A DNA stretch of 62,790 nt, filler included, from Choristocarpus tenellus KU-1152 (Eukaryota; Protista; Phaeophyceae): NCBI GenBank assembly GCA_964200185.2. It is 10 parts of 10 records of this genome, joined end to end, with 100 filler letters (N's around TTAATTAATTAA, not from the genome) between each part and the next. Parts side by side here need not be neighbours in the genome. Positions count along the whole stretch, not along the records: positions 36,929 to 50,409 come from CAXNAD020001478.1; positions 50,510 to 59,140 come from CAXNAD020004512.1; 8 more parts are not named here. The stretch is one strand, 5' to 3'. Below the pieces are notes generated by a model, which was given only the letters and a program-made list of their open reading frames with translations, searched no databases and was not told where the DNA came from. This document shows positions 38,999 to 52,339 of the stretch, piece after piece. Both the position numbers and the translations under genes were made by a program. Every line of letters starts with the position of its first letter. Positions within the stretch are counted from its first letter, which is position 1.

Positions 38999-41900
38999 CT
39001 GCATCGCTACTAGCTCACAGTTTGCCTTTTCACTCCATTCTCCTCCGGTGAGTACAGCCACAGCAGCTCTCCTTGCTAGATGTTGGTCCTTCAGTTCCTC
39101 GCGTTCATTCCAAGCCAGCTCAAGTAGTGCAGACCATAACCTTGTTCGTCTTTTTAGCATTATATTTAACATAGTGTAAGAGAATATAGGATTAGGAGCC
39201 ATGTGGAGAAGAATACAACTGGACTTGAGGGGCAGGTTTGAGGAGATACTATGAAGAATAAACACAAGTAGACCAATGGAATCACCATTACAATTTACCA
39301 ACTCTGACACATTTCGGAGTAGGTAAAATGTCATAAAAAACTGATGGGAAGCCAAGCCTCAAATGGACAAACAGGACAAAACTCTTACCCTCTAAGATAC
39401 TTTAACTCAACTTTCACTACGCATATGACCTGCACCATCATTTTGATTTTGAGATTTAGATTTTTGTGTTGAATGCTGCTCCTTTAGAGTACAGGGTCAT
39501 AGTTTGTATCAACTGATGGTAAGACAGGACTGCTAGAATAGATTTTTCTTCCAGGCCCTATGGCAATGTGATCTTGGCATGAGTCATACCGGGTCTCATC
39601 AAATTTAGTCGCTCCCTACTCCGTAAGGGAAGGTGGTAGTATTCGTTCAAACCATTAGTTTTCACTCTGCTATGTTTATGCTCTGGGCCAAAGTTGGAAC
39701 ACCACATCAGTTGGGGGCAGAGGACTGTTGGCCGTTCCAAGTAAGTAGGTAATCCATACTAGTTAAATAGTGGTTGGGTGTCTTAGTTCTTGCAGGATAT
39801 AATTCAAAGTTGAAATTGTCACATGGGCAGCAATTGGTCAATTGAATTCCTACTTTATTGTCAAAACCAGGCATATATGTAAGAGTAGAGATGGGCTGAA
39901 GATCACACTTCAATCTCAAGATTTCAGATAACTTCCAGGAATATATTTGTATACTCTCTACAATGACCTATGTAGCAGAGTAGCTCTTGCAAGTCACCTT
40001 TTAAGTGCAGGCGAGGGTAGTTCTGGTGCTGGTGCTGTGCCTGCCCCCGACTTGTCATCTGCAGGATCTGCGAGCACAGCCGCTGCCTCCTCGATCCTCT
40101 TCCTCCTCGCTTCTCCATCCTGCTGAGAGTGCACAGAACTCCTGCACTCAAGAAGGTGTCGGTACATCAGATCTGGATAAAAGGGAATGATCAAGTATAC
40201 CGTACTGGGATAGGAATCCTGTGACTTTAGATGAGGATGGACAAGAGGACTTAGACATGGGTGCGGGAGGAGACGAGCAAAGGCATTTCAGGCGGTTTTC
40301 ATGACAAGAGTGGAGAGATAGGGCACACAGTGGTTGGTCGAAGGAAGAAACAAAAAGAAGGCAGGAAGTATGAAATTGCATTTTGGATACATAGGCAGAA
40401 GTGCTGATAGGAGGAAGGGACAATAGACATCAAAAAAGAGGGTGGAATAGGAGGAGACTGGGTAAATCTGTCCTTTTGGATTGATGTTCAAATTGTGTTC
40501 TTCTGTAGGTTTGAAAGTTTCTTTTGAGGCCATTTAACCATCTCCTGAAGAAGGGCAAACTCACTTTGTGGCAATAGAACCATCATCATCGGTTAGCCCT
40601 CTATCTATCCCAGCTCTAACATCAGGTGCCTCTTCACGTTCAGCTTTTTCCAGTTGCTGGGCAGCCTGCTCGAGCAGGGTTTTACAAAGGCCAGAACTGC
40701 CCGCCTCCTTGGCCTTTTATAAAAGAGGCATACAGAGTGAAAGTATCTTAGAGGGTAAGAGTTTTGCCTTGTTTGTCCATTTGGGGCTTGGCTTCCCATG
40801 GGTTCTTTTATAACATTTTCCTACTCCAAAATGTTGTTTAAGATTAGGTGAAGTGTGTATGTTATGAAAAGTTGTCTCCAGAACATGGATATTGACACTT
40901 CCTAGCAAACACAACCACCAAAATTACATCAAAATCGCAACATCGGATTTTGACCCCCAAATGGACGTGGCTCTACTCTCTAAGGTACTTTGTCTCCGCA
41001 GATGTTAGAGGATGTAGTTGAGAAGGTGAAATGGAGTAGGGGTGGTGGGAAGGTGTGGCAGTGCTTGTTAAAAGGTCTAGCAGAGGAACTGTCACGATTT
41101 GGGCTCTTAGAATAGAACACACAGAATTTAAATGCATATTTGGAATGCAATACCTGCAATGATGGTACAGTCATCAGCTTTCCAATATACGTCCAAGTAT
41201 CATAGATTTACTGTTGTAGGCTACATCGTATTTATTTTTTTTCTTGGCTTTGAACCTAACCTGTATCTCTCACCTAGACACCAAGTATGTTGCCAATTTG
41301 GATGCAATTTCTCCTGAAGCATGTTTTTTACTTTGTATCCTACAACCAAAATGTGGATATAGACTCATTCCCAAAATTGACTTGAATCTTCTTGACCCAA
41401 AGTATCTGGGGGGGAGGGGAATCTACACCAGGGTGTCGATTTGGACAAAAATCAGGAAAAGTGCATTTACATTATCAACCGGACATATGCAACTAAATCA
41501 CCCAAAAATCACGACATGAAAAAAATGACCTCAAATGGACAGCCGCCACCCCCCCCCCCAGATACTTTGAGCCTCTTACCACTTTATCACACTTCATACG
41601 GAATCTCTCACAAGAAACTTCATTGTCCCACTCAACTGCAGGTTCTGCAGTCCATTGAGGGGCTAGGAGAGACGTAATAAACCAACAACATGTACAAAAA
41701 GGTCTTCATGACTGGGAGTTTAAAGCAGGCACACCGTGAAGTATGGACTGCAACGGACTCTTCCCAATCCCTCCCTAGTAAACTTATAGTAGAAGGGTTC
41801 GTGACTGGAAAATTGATACATCATTATACTGAACTTGCTCCTCTATATAGGACAAACAACAAAAACAAAGAATTTGCAGTAGTGGGCAAGCTGGAGCATT

Positions 41901-44900
41901 TATATTTGGTTTTGGGGGAAAATGTTCACCTATTGTTATTTTCCTATCGCACACCCCCAATAGGCAAGAGAAAAGAAACATGACTGGGAGTTTGGCACAT
42001 ACTATGTTCTCCCTTAAAATTCTAGCATACTTTTCTACTATCCCTCACACATATCGTGCACCTGGTCAATAAGAAGTATGGCTTTCTCTTCTCCGCCCTC
42101 TGGTTCTGTGTAGGTGCTGGACTTAAGGTGTAAAAACCGTGCAAGGGGCACAACAAACCTGAATAATCGGGGCAGCGTGAATGAATAAGCTGGGTATCAG
42201 TTTCACCTCTTCTTTTCCTACTCCATACTTGAGCAAGAAGATTCGCAGCAATTGTATCCTCTCTACATGGCTCTAGCTCTATTTGGACTATATTGAGTGA
42301 TGATTGATATGCACTCCTTTCAAGTAATTTTCTCAATCTTGGTGCTTCCGGATGAGCCCGTTATCTGGGCCCTCCCATCATAAACTGTTACGATTCTCCC
42401 AGGGTAGGGGGTCATGCAATAGTCTCTGCCAGGCTTTGAAACCTAGAACCCCTGAAGTCTGATTTTTTCAAATATTGAGGTACTGATGTACCATCAGGAC
42501 ACAGTCTGCACAACTGTCTGCTCTGGACATACTGTGGTATATCAATATGTATGATAGCTTGCCCCTCAAACATTCTCCATTTTGGAATTATGTACTAATG
42601 TCCAATAGTCTGATCATGTCTTTGTGCTTCATGGGGTTTATCTGCAGCATACCCTCTCCTCAAATCTTTGAATTCCGCCTCATCTTGCAACTGTTGGACA
42701 CAGAGCAGTAGCCATGTACTTTGAGGTGTGAGAATAAAATCTTACAATTTACTGCTCAATTGAGACCTGAAGTGTGCCAATCCCGAATTTTTAGAATCAC
42801 GGCATCCTTGATCTCTATCGCACTCTCTGCTTTTGATTAATCTACCCCATCACGTCTCATGGCTTATGAAAGATATTTTCGTTGGCGTTGACTGGTTCCT
42901 TCCAGTGTCAGGAGATGTGGCAACCAAATTCTTCTCAGTATTATGCTACAGGTTCAGCGTGTTAAGGAGACAACTTATATAATATTGAAGCCAATGGAAA
43001 GCATTTATCCGACAACCTTGTTGATAACCAACCACTCATAAAACTTGAGCAGATTGCACTTTGAAGCTATATATTTTGAGCAATCATCAGTTCAGCATAG
43101 ACTGTGAAAGCATACGACAGTACCATCAAACTGCTTTATCACTATATTTCCAACTTTGGAATTCATAGCAGGTTGATCCTTAGTTTGTGGGCTTTCAACA
43201 AGCGTGCTTTCGCACCTAAAAATGGCACTCCTCACTTGTGGAGTAGATTCTCAATCTCATTTTTCTGTTTTCCTTTCCAATCAAACATGCAGATATGTAG
43301 CCTAAGGTCACACCTGTCCATAGGACGGATTGCATCATTGAGGGCCTCCTTCCTAGCCTCCTCCAACTTCGTATCCTCCCCATTTTTTTCCAACTGCACA
43401 CCATCCTGAGCAATGTTATGATGAAACGTCTTTCCATTCTCATCCCATTCTCCTTCAAGCAGGCCTTGAGGCTCAAGATTGTCCCGGTCATTTGCTATTA
43501 AGAGTGACATTGTTCGAGAGAAAAGGTAGGGGTAGGGATAGAAGAGGAGTTGAACAATGATTGTGGGGAAGGGCAAAGGAAGGTGTATTTGGAGTTAGTA
43601 AGAATCAGAGATAGATGAAATGGATATATATATATATATATACTCACATACGCTGTGGAGCAACAGCATACCCTTGGTTATTGATTCCCTTTCAACAAAC
43701 TCTCTCTGAAGGATCTACACCATGTCTCCCATCATGTCTACTTGTGCGAACACCAGATTCATTTTCCCAGTCCCACAAGATGACACAGCAACAGAGGGAT
43801 CATGACTAGTTCGTACTGTTTGTCTCCCCTTCCATAAGCACCATTCTAGTGCCAAAGAGCTCAAGTTAACCACACATGAAGAGGAACGATGGCCTAAAAC
43901 AATAGATTGAGTCAAAGTAAAGGAGAGGAACCCGGAGTTGAATTTTAAGGATGCGGACAAATACGTGCAAAGTTCAACTTTTGTAACAAACATGCATAGG
44001 ATATTTTCTGAATTGTGTCGCAATATTTTCTAACAAAACAGAAACAAACGCTCTCAAGTCAAACTTTGAACTTCATCCATAGAAATATGGGTGAATTGCA
44101 AAAGATTGAATTAGAGTCAAAGTATCTTAGAAGGTAGAGCCGCGCCCATTTTGGGGTCAAAATCCAATGTTGTGATTTTGATGAAATATTGGCTATCATG
44201 TTTGTTATGAAGTATCAATGTCCATATTTCGGACACACCTTTCATAGTGTATACATTTTACCTGCTCCTAAACATTTTGGAGTGGGAAAATGTCATAAAA
44301 AACCCATAGGAAGCCAAGCCCCAAATGTACACAAACAGGCCAAAACTGGTACCCTCTAAGATACTTTCACTCAGTAACAGACTTCAAGTGCAAAATGGTC
44401 AAAACCTTGGTATCTCTCATTTACTTCGACTCATTGTAGATAACCACGATGCCGCTTTCTCTTGACATCACCAATACAGACAAATTTGTCCAACATCCGA
44501 TTGTTCACAAGGAAGCTCATGCAATCGACAGTATACAATTAACTGCAGAAATCAAACAACAAAAATCTCACCCCCATAGTCAAGGCTCATGGCCTTGGTC
44601 GTATGCACACTCGCCTTAGCCAGGAAGTCCAACTGTACCTCGCACCGTGCAACCTTCAACCAGTTAGTGGCAGTCACGGAGAAGTATCATTGTTGAGATT
44701 TCGTCTAGGGTCAGTTAAGTTATCAAGTCACAAAAAGTAGGGACATCCTTATGGACAGGGGTCAGACACAATGGAGAGATATTCAATTGAAAAAGAGAGG
44801 AATTGAATCCTGAAGTCTCAATTTTTGTCAAGCAGGCTAGGACAGTATGAGATGGTAGGGTGGAGCAAGACAGGAAGGGGGGGTAAAGATGCGGTGGGGA

Positions 44901-47900
44901 GGAGAGGGTGAGAGGCAGAATACCAACACCCATGAACAGATGATCTGTTCTTCAATTTACTGCTAGAGAATGGAATTCGTGGGTATTTTCAAGGGTAAAT
45001 GTCTGTGGCTCGAGGGTTCTGGTGAGCAATAACCCCCATCCCAAGTGGTGATTCACAGATCAGAATATGTCAAGAGAGTAGAGGTGGAAGTATTCGTCAA
45101 AGAGATGGGAAATGTTGCCTGAAATCACTCTATTTGTAGTAGAGGTCTAGCCTGAAGTGTGAATGCTAATGGGTCATGTCAAGATTGAGACGATGGAAAT
45201 TTGGTACAAAACCCGACTTTTGGAACAGTACATTACAAGCTGCATGTCACCTTGAGTCACCCAAATTCATCCATCCTTCATCTTGGTCCATTCTTGCACC
45301 AAAAGTGTCGAATTGTACTACATCTAACTTCACCATACCTTGGAGGCACATAGTCAACCCTGAGCAATCTTCCAAATTTATACCTTGAATGTGTTTTTTA
45401 TAGTGGTAAATACCTCCAGGTGAAGTTGAACCCTTAGTCGAAGAAGGGGTGACTCTATCTCTTCCAAGATTGAAGCCGCTAGAGAAAAGCAATGATAGAC
45501 ATGAGTCCGGAGCCTGTCTTGAAGCAGGGGTAGTCCCAGATTGAAGGCAAGACAGCATCCCTCCTGCATCAGTTAAGATGAGATTAGAGGTAAAAAGTAG
45601 GTAACATCAAGGAGCATGGCTTTGTGTACTGACTCTTTGTTTTATGCCCAATATATGCTAAATCTATATTGCTCTAACACAAACACTGAAGATAGGATTA
45701 ACCCTCAACCTGAAATAGAAGAACATGATGGTTATTCATAGCATTTAAAGAGTCCTTTAATCAAGAGGTACAAACCTGCTGGTGTTGTCCTTCAACGATG
45801 TTGTGGTGTTGAAGGAGAAACAGGTGTAATTGGAGTCAGAGATGTATAAGTGCTAACTTCTAGGTTAGGGTAAATTGTATCAAGTGCTATGAAAGGTTTG
45901 TTCTGAAGAGGTTGCCCAGCAACAGAATATGACAGACTTGTATTCCCTGGCAATGGCTTGGCAGAGGGTCAACTGGCAGTAGTGCCCAGAGCACAGTGTT
46001 CTCTACAGAGAATTCTTTGCATAGCTTTGTCACATCATGTTCTACACTTTGGCAGAGGGTTACGGCTACGAAAACACACACAAGCAGATGGTAGAGACCA
46101 TTTAGAAGAAGATCTCCACTGCTGCACCTGCAGGAGCTCAGGATGATGCAAGCGCTTGCAATTGACAAGTGTTCTCTCCACCACCTTCAATGCCTCCACC
46201 CTTCGAACAAGCCTATCCGAGTGTTTTGATATTGAAATGGAGCAGAGGAAAGAGACCACAGAAGGTGAAAGGGGAGGAATGGAAGGGAAAGAGGATGTGT
46301 TTCTTAGCTTCAGAGATCCTTTGATGTTATAAAGCAAAATGGTCTGAGTGCTATTAGTTATATTGGTAGCCATGAATCATGCCAAGCAATAATGAAATAA
46401 CTGAGTTCTGGGGGACATGTCTGAATAGTAATGTGTGTTTTTCCGATGGGATTAACTGAATATTGCAGTTTGTTTATAGGGTGCATTTGCTACTGAAATC
46501 ATACTCTGATTTCATGAGGTAATTCAGAATGGACCCCTTAGCTTTAATGGAGGGAAGGGAACTCTATCACAACCTAGAATCATCAAATGCCCAACAGTGT
46601 CATTCCACACTCCATCCTGAACGCCTGTTGGTTGAAAATACTGGTTTGGCGTCTTGCCCAATATTCCATTTGATGGATTATTCAAACGTTTTTCCAGCCA
46701 ATGCCAAGCAAATGCTCTAATCAAATAGATCAGCTGTAGAGAGCTATTTTTGAGTGTAGATGAGTGCTGTTCGAATTGTTCAGGTACCTCATGGTCTTTC
46801 AAGTATTCCTATAGAGCTTACACAAACCACCACTGTGTAATTACACTATGATTAAATAGTTAGGACTAATTCCAGATGCAATAAGTTGGAAAGATGTGCA
46901 GGATACACGCTCCATCCCTATGCTATGATCTTTAAGAGCTTAATACGCATGTTGTCCATTTAATGCATTCCAGGATAAGTAGAATGTTTCGCCTCACCTT
47001 AATGGTGATAATGATTATTGAGAGGTATGCTTGCAATGGTATCACACTTAGAGAGGAATTAGATCCTCAAGTAGGAGTACTGACAATTTTCAAGGCATTT
47101 GTTTTGCATGTTTCAGGACTGAGGTAAGGCCATCAGGTTTCCATCCAAAGTCCCATACAGTATGAGTGAAAGTATCTTAGAGGGTACGATTTTTGCCCTA
47201 TTTGTACGTTTGGGGCTTGGCTTCCCACAGGCTTTTTATGACATTTTACCTACTTAGAAATGTTTCAGAGTAGGGAAAACGTACATGTTTTGAAAAGGTG
47301 TGTCCGGAACTAGGAGAGTGACACTTCCTAACAAGCACGATAGCCAAAATTACATCAAAATCGCAACATTGGATTTTGGCACCCAAATGGATGCGGCTCT
47401 ACCCACTAAGATGCTTTGACTCTTATATGCATCTCATAATCTACATGTCATTTTCCTTCCCCTAAGTTCCCAAACAATTGAATAGGTCTGCCGACCTACC
47501 TCAGCCCCTCCATGCCACGAGCATTCAGTTTTCCACTTTTTTTGTTGGCCTTCTTGCTTTGCTTGACCTCCCCATCCCTTCCAGCTGGACCAGACTCAAC
47601 AGCAACATCTGCAAGGGGGGCAACATTGCCTCCCGAATTCCGTCCAGATTTTTTTTCATTTCTTAATCCCACACCTTCCATGGTCGACAGCTCTGCACCC
47701 AAGAACTCAAGACGGATTCGGGCAGAAGCCATCGCCCTGACTGTTCTGTTCCCACCATAATCTGTTTTGTCTTCGTTCTTTCCTTCTCCACTGCTTCCGT
47801 TCGTACCCTTGCCAATCCCAGTGTTGCCTTTGAAACTTTGGCAACGTGTAAGACAGGCCCGTGCTATGGAAATATGAGCTGCCCTATCTCCATCTTTCAC

Positions 47901-49177
47901 CTTCATATTTCAATCAGAATGGGGTTGTAATTGAACGCAAGGGTAGGTTAGGATCTTGGTTTGACGAGTGTGTATAGGCAGGGAGTGGGGTGAGCACAGT
48001 GAAGAGGGATAAGATGGAAACAAGGTGAGCACAGTGAAGGGGAAATAATGATGAGCTATTTGCAGTGGGTAACAGGGAAAAAAATATAGATGAGGTACTG
48101 GCGAAAATACTAGCTAGATGATGGTATGCAAGTCAACAATGGTTTGGGATATAGCTTGAGGGGTTTGATGCAGGATTGTTCACAGGCACATAAGCACAAA
48201 GCTCAAGCATTGGATCTGGGTTAGAATAAATTTTAGAGGTACCTTCAGGGCTGCCTGACCAATGTCTACCAGTACCATGAAGGCTTCTGCTCCTAAGGGG
48301 AGGGATGGGTTTCCCACCCCAGCAGATCCTCCATCGGCAGCCACAGTAGAGGGTGTGGAGGATGGATCAAGACTTGAGCACCCAGTTGCCGCCAGATGAA
48401 TTGTTTCAGGGTCAACAGAACACAGCAAGGACTGCATTGTGGCGAGGGCTGGTTGCCCTGAGAGTGCTCCATTGCTAACCTATACTAAGAAAAGTTCAAG
48501 GCAGAGAGTCAAAGCTGATACTGTTGTGTGTTTGGTTTGGATGAGGATGATGAACAAATGGCCGTTGCCTAGTGTAGCAGGTATGTTTTTTACATATATC
48601 TACGGCACATCTTGCAGATGTGTTTATCACTTCGAAGCATATATCAAGTGGATGCTAGTCTAGGTTTGGGGGAAGAGAGGTAGCACCATCACATACTGAC
48701 AACCCAAGGTGAGAATGTTACGAGTGATGTGGAACGCCATCTCAATATGGGCATATGCTTGGTTTTCACTTAGAGCGTTGAGATAGGCATCAGAGGGAGT
48801 AAAGTAGAGCAATATCTAAAGGCTGGAATATTGTATTGGTTCCTACTGAAAACAACACTCCCTTGCCCCCACTTAGCAGGCCATGATCTTTTGTATACCT
48901 CTTTCCACCTACCTATACCTCTTTCCACCTATCACACATCCTTTGTATACCACCAACCCATGCCAATGTCTCTTCAACTTGCCTGGAGTAGCATCAGCTG
49001 GGCTCCTTTGCAACTGTCAGAAGATGCCTCAACAACCATTTGTTCTAGAAGCTTCTTGGCTTCAGGATACTTACCCACATATTTGGCACACAGGAGAGCC
49101 CGGATCAGCCAAGCCCTGCCCTGAACTTCCATGCACTCCGAGAGGACCTTTGTGAGACGATCAACCTCTACTTCTGC
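38999..49177 (-). CDS. CFAP46: Cilia- and flagella-associated protein 46 (TTC40), N-terminal part, 11 chained exons; ends not resolved
   Basis: In-phase exons are 49177-48983, 48479-48243, 47900-47500, 46212-46128, 45563-45414, 44653-44572, 43494-43314, 42158-42062, 40713-40565, 40141-39998 and 39149-38999. Segments LVRRVEALKVVERTLVNCKRLHHPELLQEGCCLAFNLGLPLLQDRLRTHV...LEEIESPLLRLRVQLHLEVARCEVQLDFLAKASVHTTKAMSLDYG, RPMDRFVVPLARFLHLKSSTYTEPE..EEKAILLIDQAKEA and RRTRLWSALLELAW parallel CFAP46. A further upstream exon is likely near 50735-50787 (IIAIVDAENNGFTVEWIR). Confidence 0.85.
39306..39408 (-). mobile_element. MITE family A, partial
   Basis: Reverse complement of the left 100 bp of family A, lying in a CFAP46 intron. 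Confidence 0.8.
40735..40996 (+). mobile_element. MITE family A (CFAP46 intron)
   Basis: Full copy with both inverted ends, 21 bp from the acceptor of the AKEA exon. Confidence 0.9.
41394..41573 (+). mobile_element. MITE family B with a perfect 4-bp TSD (TCTT)
   Basis: tctt[GACCCAAAGTATCTGGGGGG...CCCCAGATACTTTGAGCC]tctt, in a CFAP46 intron. Confidence 0.92.
43909..44432 (+). mobile_element. MITE family C interrupted by a family A copy
   Basis: GAGTCAAAGTAAAGGAGAGG...[A]...TCTCTCATTTACTTCGACTC. The two halves are colinear with 13918-14175. Confidence 0.88.
44114..44372 (-). mobile_element. MITE family A nested in a family C element
   Basis: Full inverted copy with flanks atta/agta. It splits the C element at 43909-44432. 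Confidence 0.9.
47164..47422 (+). mobile_element. MITE family A (CFAP46 intron)
   Basis: Full copy with flanks gtat/ttat. Confidence 0.9.
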
Positions 49178-50251
49178 CTGTTATATTCCAGTGAGATGAT
49201 ATATACATGTATCCGTTATTTTTGAGGAGAAAATTTGTTTTGGTAGGTATGGTAGAAATGGGAAGATATATTGGAAATTTTTCCTTTTTTTGTTTGGGTT
49301 GATACTTTTTTTTTAAGCTGCTCCACAATCTACTGCAGAATCCAGTAAATGCTTATAGCCCTGTCCATCCCATTGAGCCAATAGAATATTTTCACTTGCC
49401 CTACATGCTCTCCCTCCTCCATCTCGGCATCATTCACACATCCAATAATATATGTATCTATATGTATTGGAACTGGGAACATTGGCTGACCCTAACCATA
49501 ACCCTGATAACGTTTTGCGAAGGAGAATCATGTGACGCTCATATCCTGTTGAAACCTACGGTTGAATGAATTGTGCTCTTGTACGGTGGCAGATTGGTTG
49601 TGGTAAAGGGGTGTCATGTCATAGTGCAATGAAGCACAAGTGAATTCATGCCGATGAATCCAGTGAAATGCTTTGAACAGTCAGAGGTCATCAGGTACAG
49701 TAATGTGGGGTATTCCTTGGTATATTCAAAGGAAGAGATTCATGCTCTGTGTGTAGAGGCTTGTCACCTTGTGAAGAAGGGTTTTGTGGATGCCTTAACT
49801 CTGAATATATTACATCCAGTTCTGTGTCAGGTACACTTATTGCAGAGTGAACTCGAGGTCTAAGTGGGGGCAAAGTCAACCAGAGAAAAAAGAATAATCA
49901 ACATATGAGCTACAACTGATGGTTCTGATGTGAAGATCAAGAAACAAAGAAACAAACTTGAATCAGTATCTGAGACAACTCATATGACACATATTATGTT
50001 TGTTTGACAGATGTCAACTGTTCCATACTTACTATGCACCATTGATGGTCTAACAGTAGTTGATGCTATGATGAGGTGTCAATGATGTAAATGCCACTAA
50101 TAACCAGTACCGATGTGTGAATCAACAGTCAGTATAAACTGGAAATATTGTATCGTATCAAGGACACAAAGGATAAGTAGCCTGTGCTTCAACAACCTTA
50201 ATATTTTGTCTTCAAACCTTTTCGCGTAGTCAGTGATGTAGAAGATGATAT

Positions 50252-50409
50252 GGCTCAAAGTGTCTGAGGGGGGTGGCGGCAGTCCATTTGGGGTCAATTT
50301 TTTCATGTCGCGATTTCGGGGTGATTTGGTTGCATACATCAGATGGATAAAGTAAATGTACTTTTCCCGATTTTGGCCCAAATAGGCACCCTGGTGTAGA
50401 TCCCCCCCC
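50252..50409 (-). mobile_element. MITE family B truncated by a gap
   Basis: GGCTCAAAGTGTCTGAGGGGGTGGCGGCAGTCCATTTGGGG... runs into N at its poly-C tract. Confidence 0.88.
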
Positions 50410-52180
50410 NNNNNNNNNNNNNNNNNNNNNNNNNNNNNNNNNNNNNNNNNNNNTTAATTAATTAANNNNNNNNNNNNNNNNNNNNNNNNNNNNNNNNNNN
50501 NNNNNNNNNGGAAAAAAGGACGCCGACACCCCCCCCCCCCAAGATACTTTGACCCAGGATTCAAACATGCGTAAAATTGACCACCTTCAGGCCATGTAAC
50601 AATCGATAGTCATGATTATGAGGACTTGAATATTGCTGAAATGCTTCAGTAGCATGGTAAAACAGTCACCAGGACCCAGTACCGTTTTCAGCGTGTTCAA
50701 CAAGCGAAGAGTTCGCCAGCTTCGAAAATCATACCTTATCCATTCTACAGTGAAACCATTATTTTCAGCATCTACAATAGCAATGATCTGAGTGACAGGA
50801 TAGGTAATCAATCTTGTATCCCATTGGGGTTGGTAGGTGCAATCTTAACATGGTGTCTTAAGTACATCAAACGACAACATGCCAAAAGACCGCAGCGCTG
50901 GAAGAGCAGTCAGAAGGATGGAGGCAAAGTCCAACCGTCATCTTACCGTTTTATTTTTTTAATGTAACGCCAGTACTCAGAACTAGATTATTGTGATTGA
51001 CGCCTATTTTCTGTTGTTTCACCAACAGTAGTTGGTTGGACAATGCATCTGTATCACCTCAGAAAATGTTGCATCTTCTATGAGTTCACCTCATGCAGAC
51101 CCCACAGTTCTCTCACAGCTATCCATATGATCCTGTCGATCCCTTTTGACACATTTTTTGTGGTGTGGACTTTCCGCCTAAGATAGGGTTGCTCTGTCAA
51201 GCCTCCATTTATTTCTCCTACCTTTTGACCATCCTCGTTTTCTACTTCCAAGTATCTGTTACGGGGGTCACCTTAACCTTGCCCTGGTCGGCAACCTATA
51301 CCAGTTAGACTTGGGCACACCCTTTCGAGATTCGCCAGAGGTACACCACCTGTGTTGGTCACTGCTGATAACAACCTCAGGATATTTTTTTGCAGCATAT
51401 GTACTATCCTGTGAAGTGGCCCTTTCCAGGATTTCCGAACATTTAAAAGACCTCGTTGCGCAAGCCTTTGCATACGAATACATAAACACTGAAGTCAAGA
51501 CCTAAGCATTAGTCTGTAGGCCTGAGGCCCTGAAGTGCCAATGGCTCAGAAGCACATTTCAATTGCTTGGTGGCATGGATGGTGTGTACAACGTGCATGA
51601 AGCCAAAGCCAGATCCATCTGCCAGAGGAGCTCTCTCACTTCTTGGATACTACACCTAGTCAAGTAGGACCTACCACGGGGGACACAGCAACGGGCTCGT
51701 TCTGTGGCCTCTTATTCAAAATGCGCATAGATCGAGTGGCTGTGCATTTCGCCTAAGGCTATGGGCACGACATTGAAATAAAACATTACTCCTAATAGGT
51801 ATTGGGACGATATGAAGGTTGAGGTCGTCAACAAGGTGGAAAAAAGTGTTGTTTTTAGCGCATGAAATTGCCTGGCAATGAAGATACAAGAAAGTCAATG
51901 GGCCAGACACCCTGTACGGGATTTATGTCAGTATGTTTTTGGAGCGTCAACAACCTAATCTTGGTATCCTAGTACTTCAATACCAGCATTCCTATATCGC
52001 GGCAAACAAGCTTATCATGCACGCCAGTCAAGCACCAAAGTAGTTCCTAGGTGATACTTGACACCTTCGGACCCGACAGTGCTTTCGCACCTTTCCATTT
52101 TCGCCTTGAAGAGAAGGTGATTAGGGGTGTAGATGGCAATCGGACCCTCAACTTGGGGAGATGGAAGCCCAGTTGGTCAA

Positions 52181-52339
52181 GGCTCAAAGTATCTAGGGGG
52201 GGGGTGGCGGCTGTCCATTTGGGGTCAATTTTTTCATGTCGCATACGTCGGATGGATAATGAAAATGCACTTTTCCAGGTTTTGGACCAATTGGACACCC
52301 TGGTGTAGACCCACCCCTCTCCCCCAGATACTTGGGGTC
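52181..52339 (-). mobile_element. MITE family B
   Basis: tcaa[GGCTCAAAGTATCT...AGATACTTGGGGTC]ttaa. Confidence 0.9.

Noticed and set aside
40735-47422. MITEs acting as introner elements
   Set aside because: They lie inside larger introns and their ends do not coincide with splice sites.
4469-49177. Cilia/centrosome gene cluster (RABL2, GCP2, CFAP46)
   Set aside because: The genes are on different contigs separated by unverified joins and unrelated genes.
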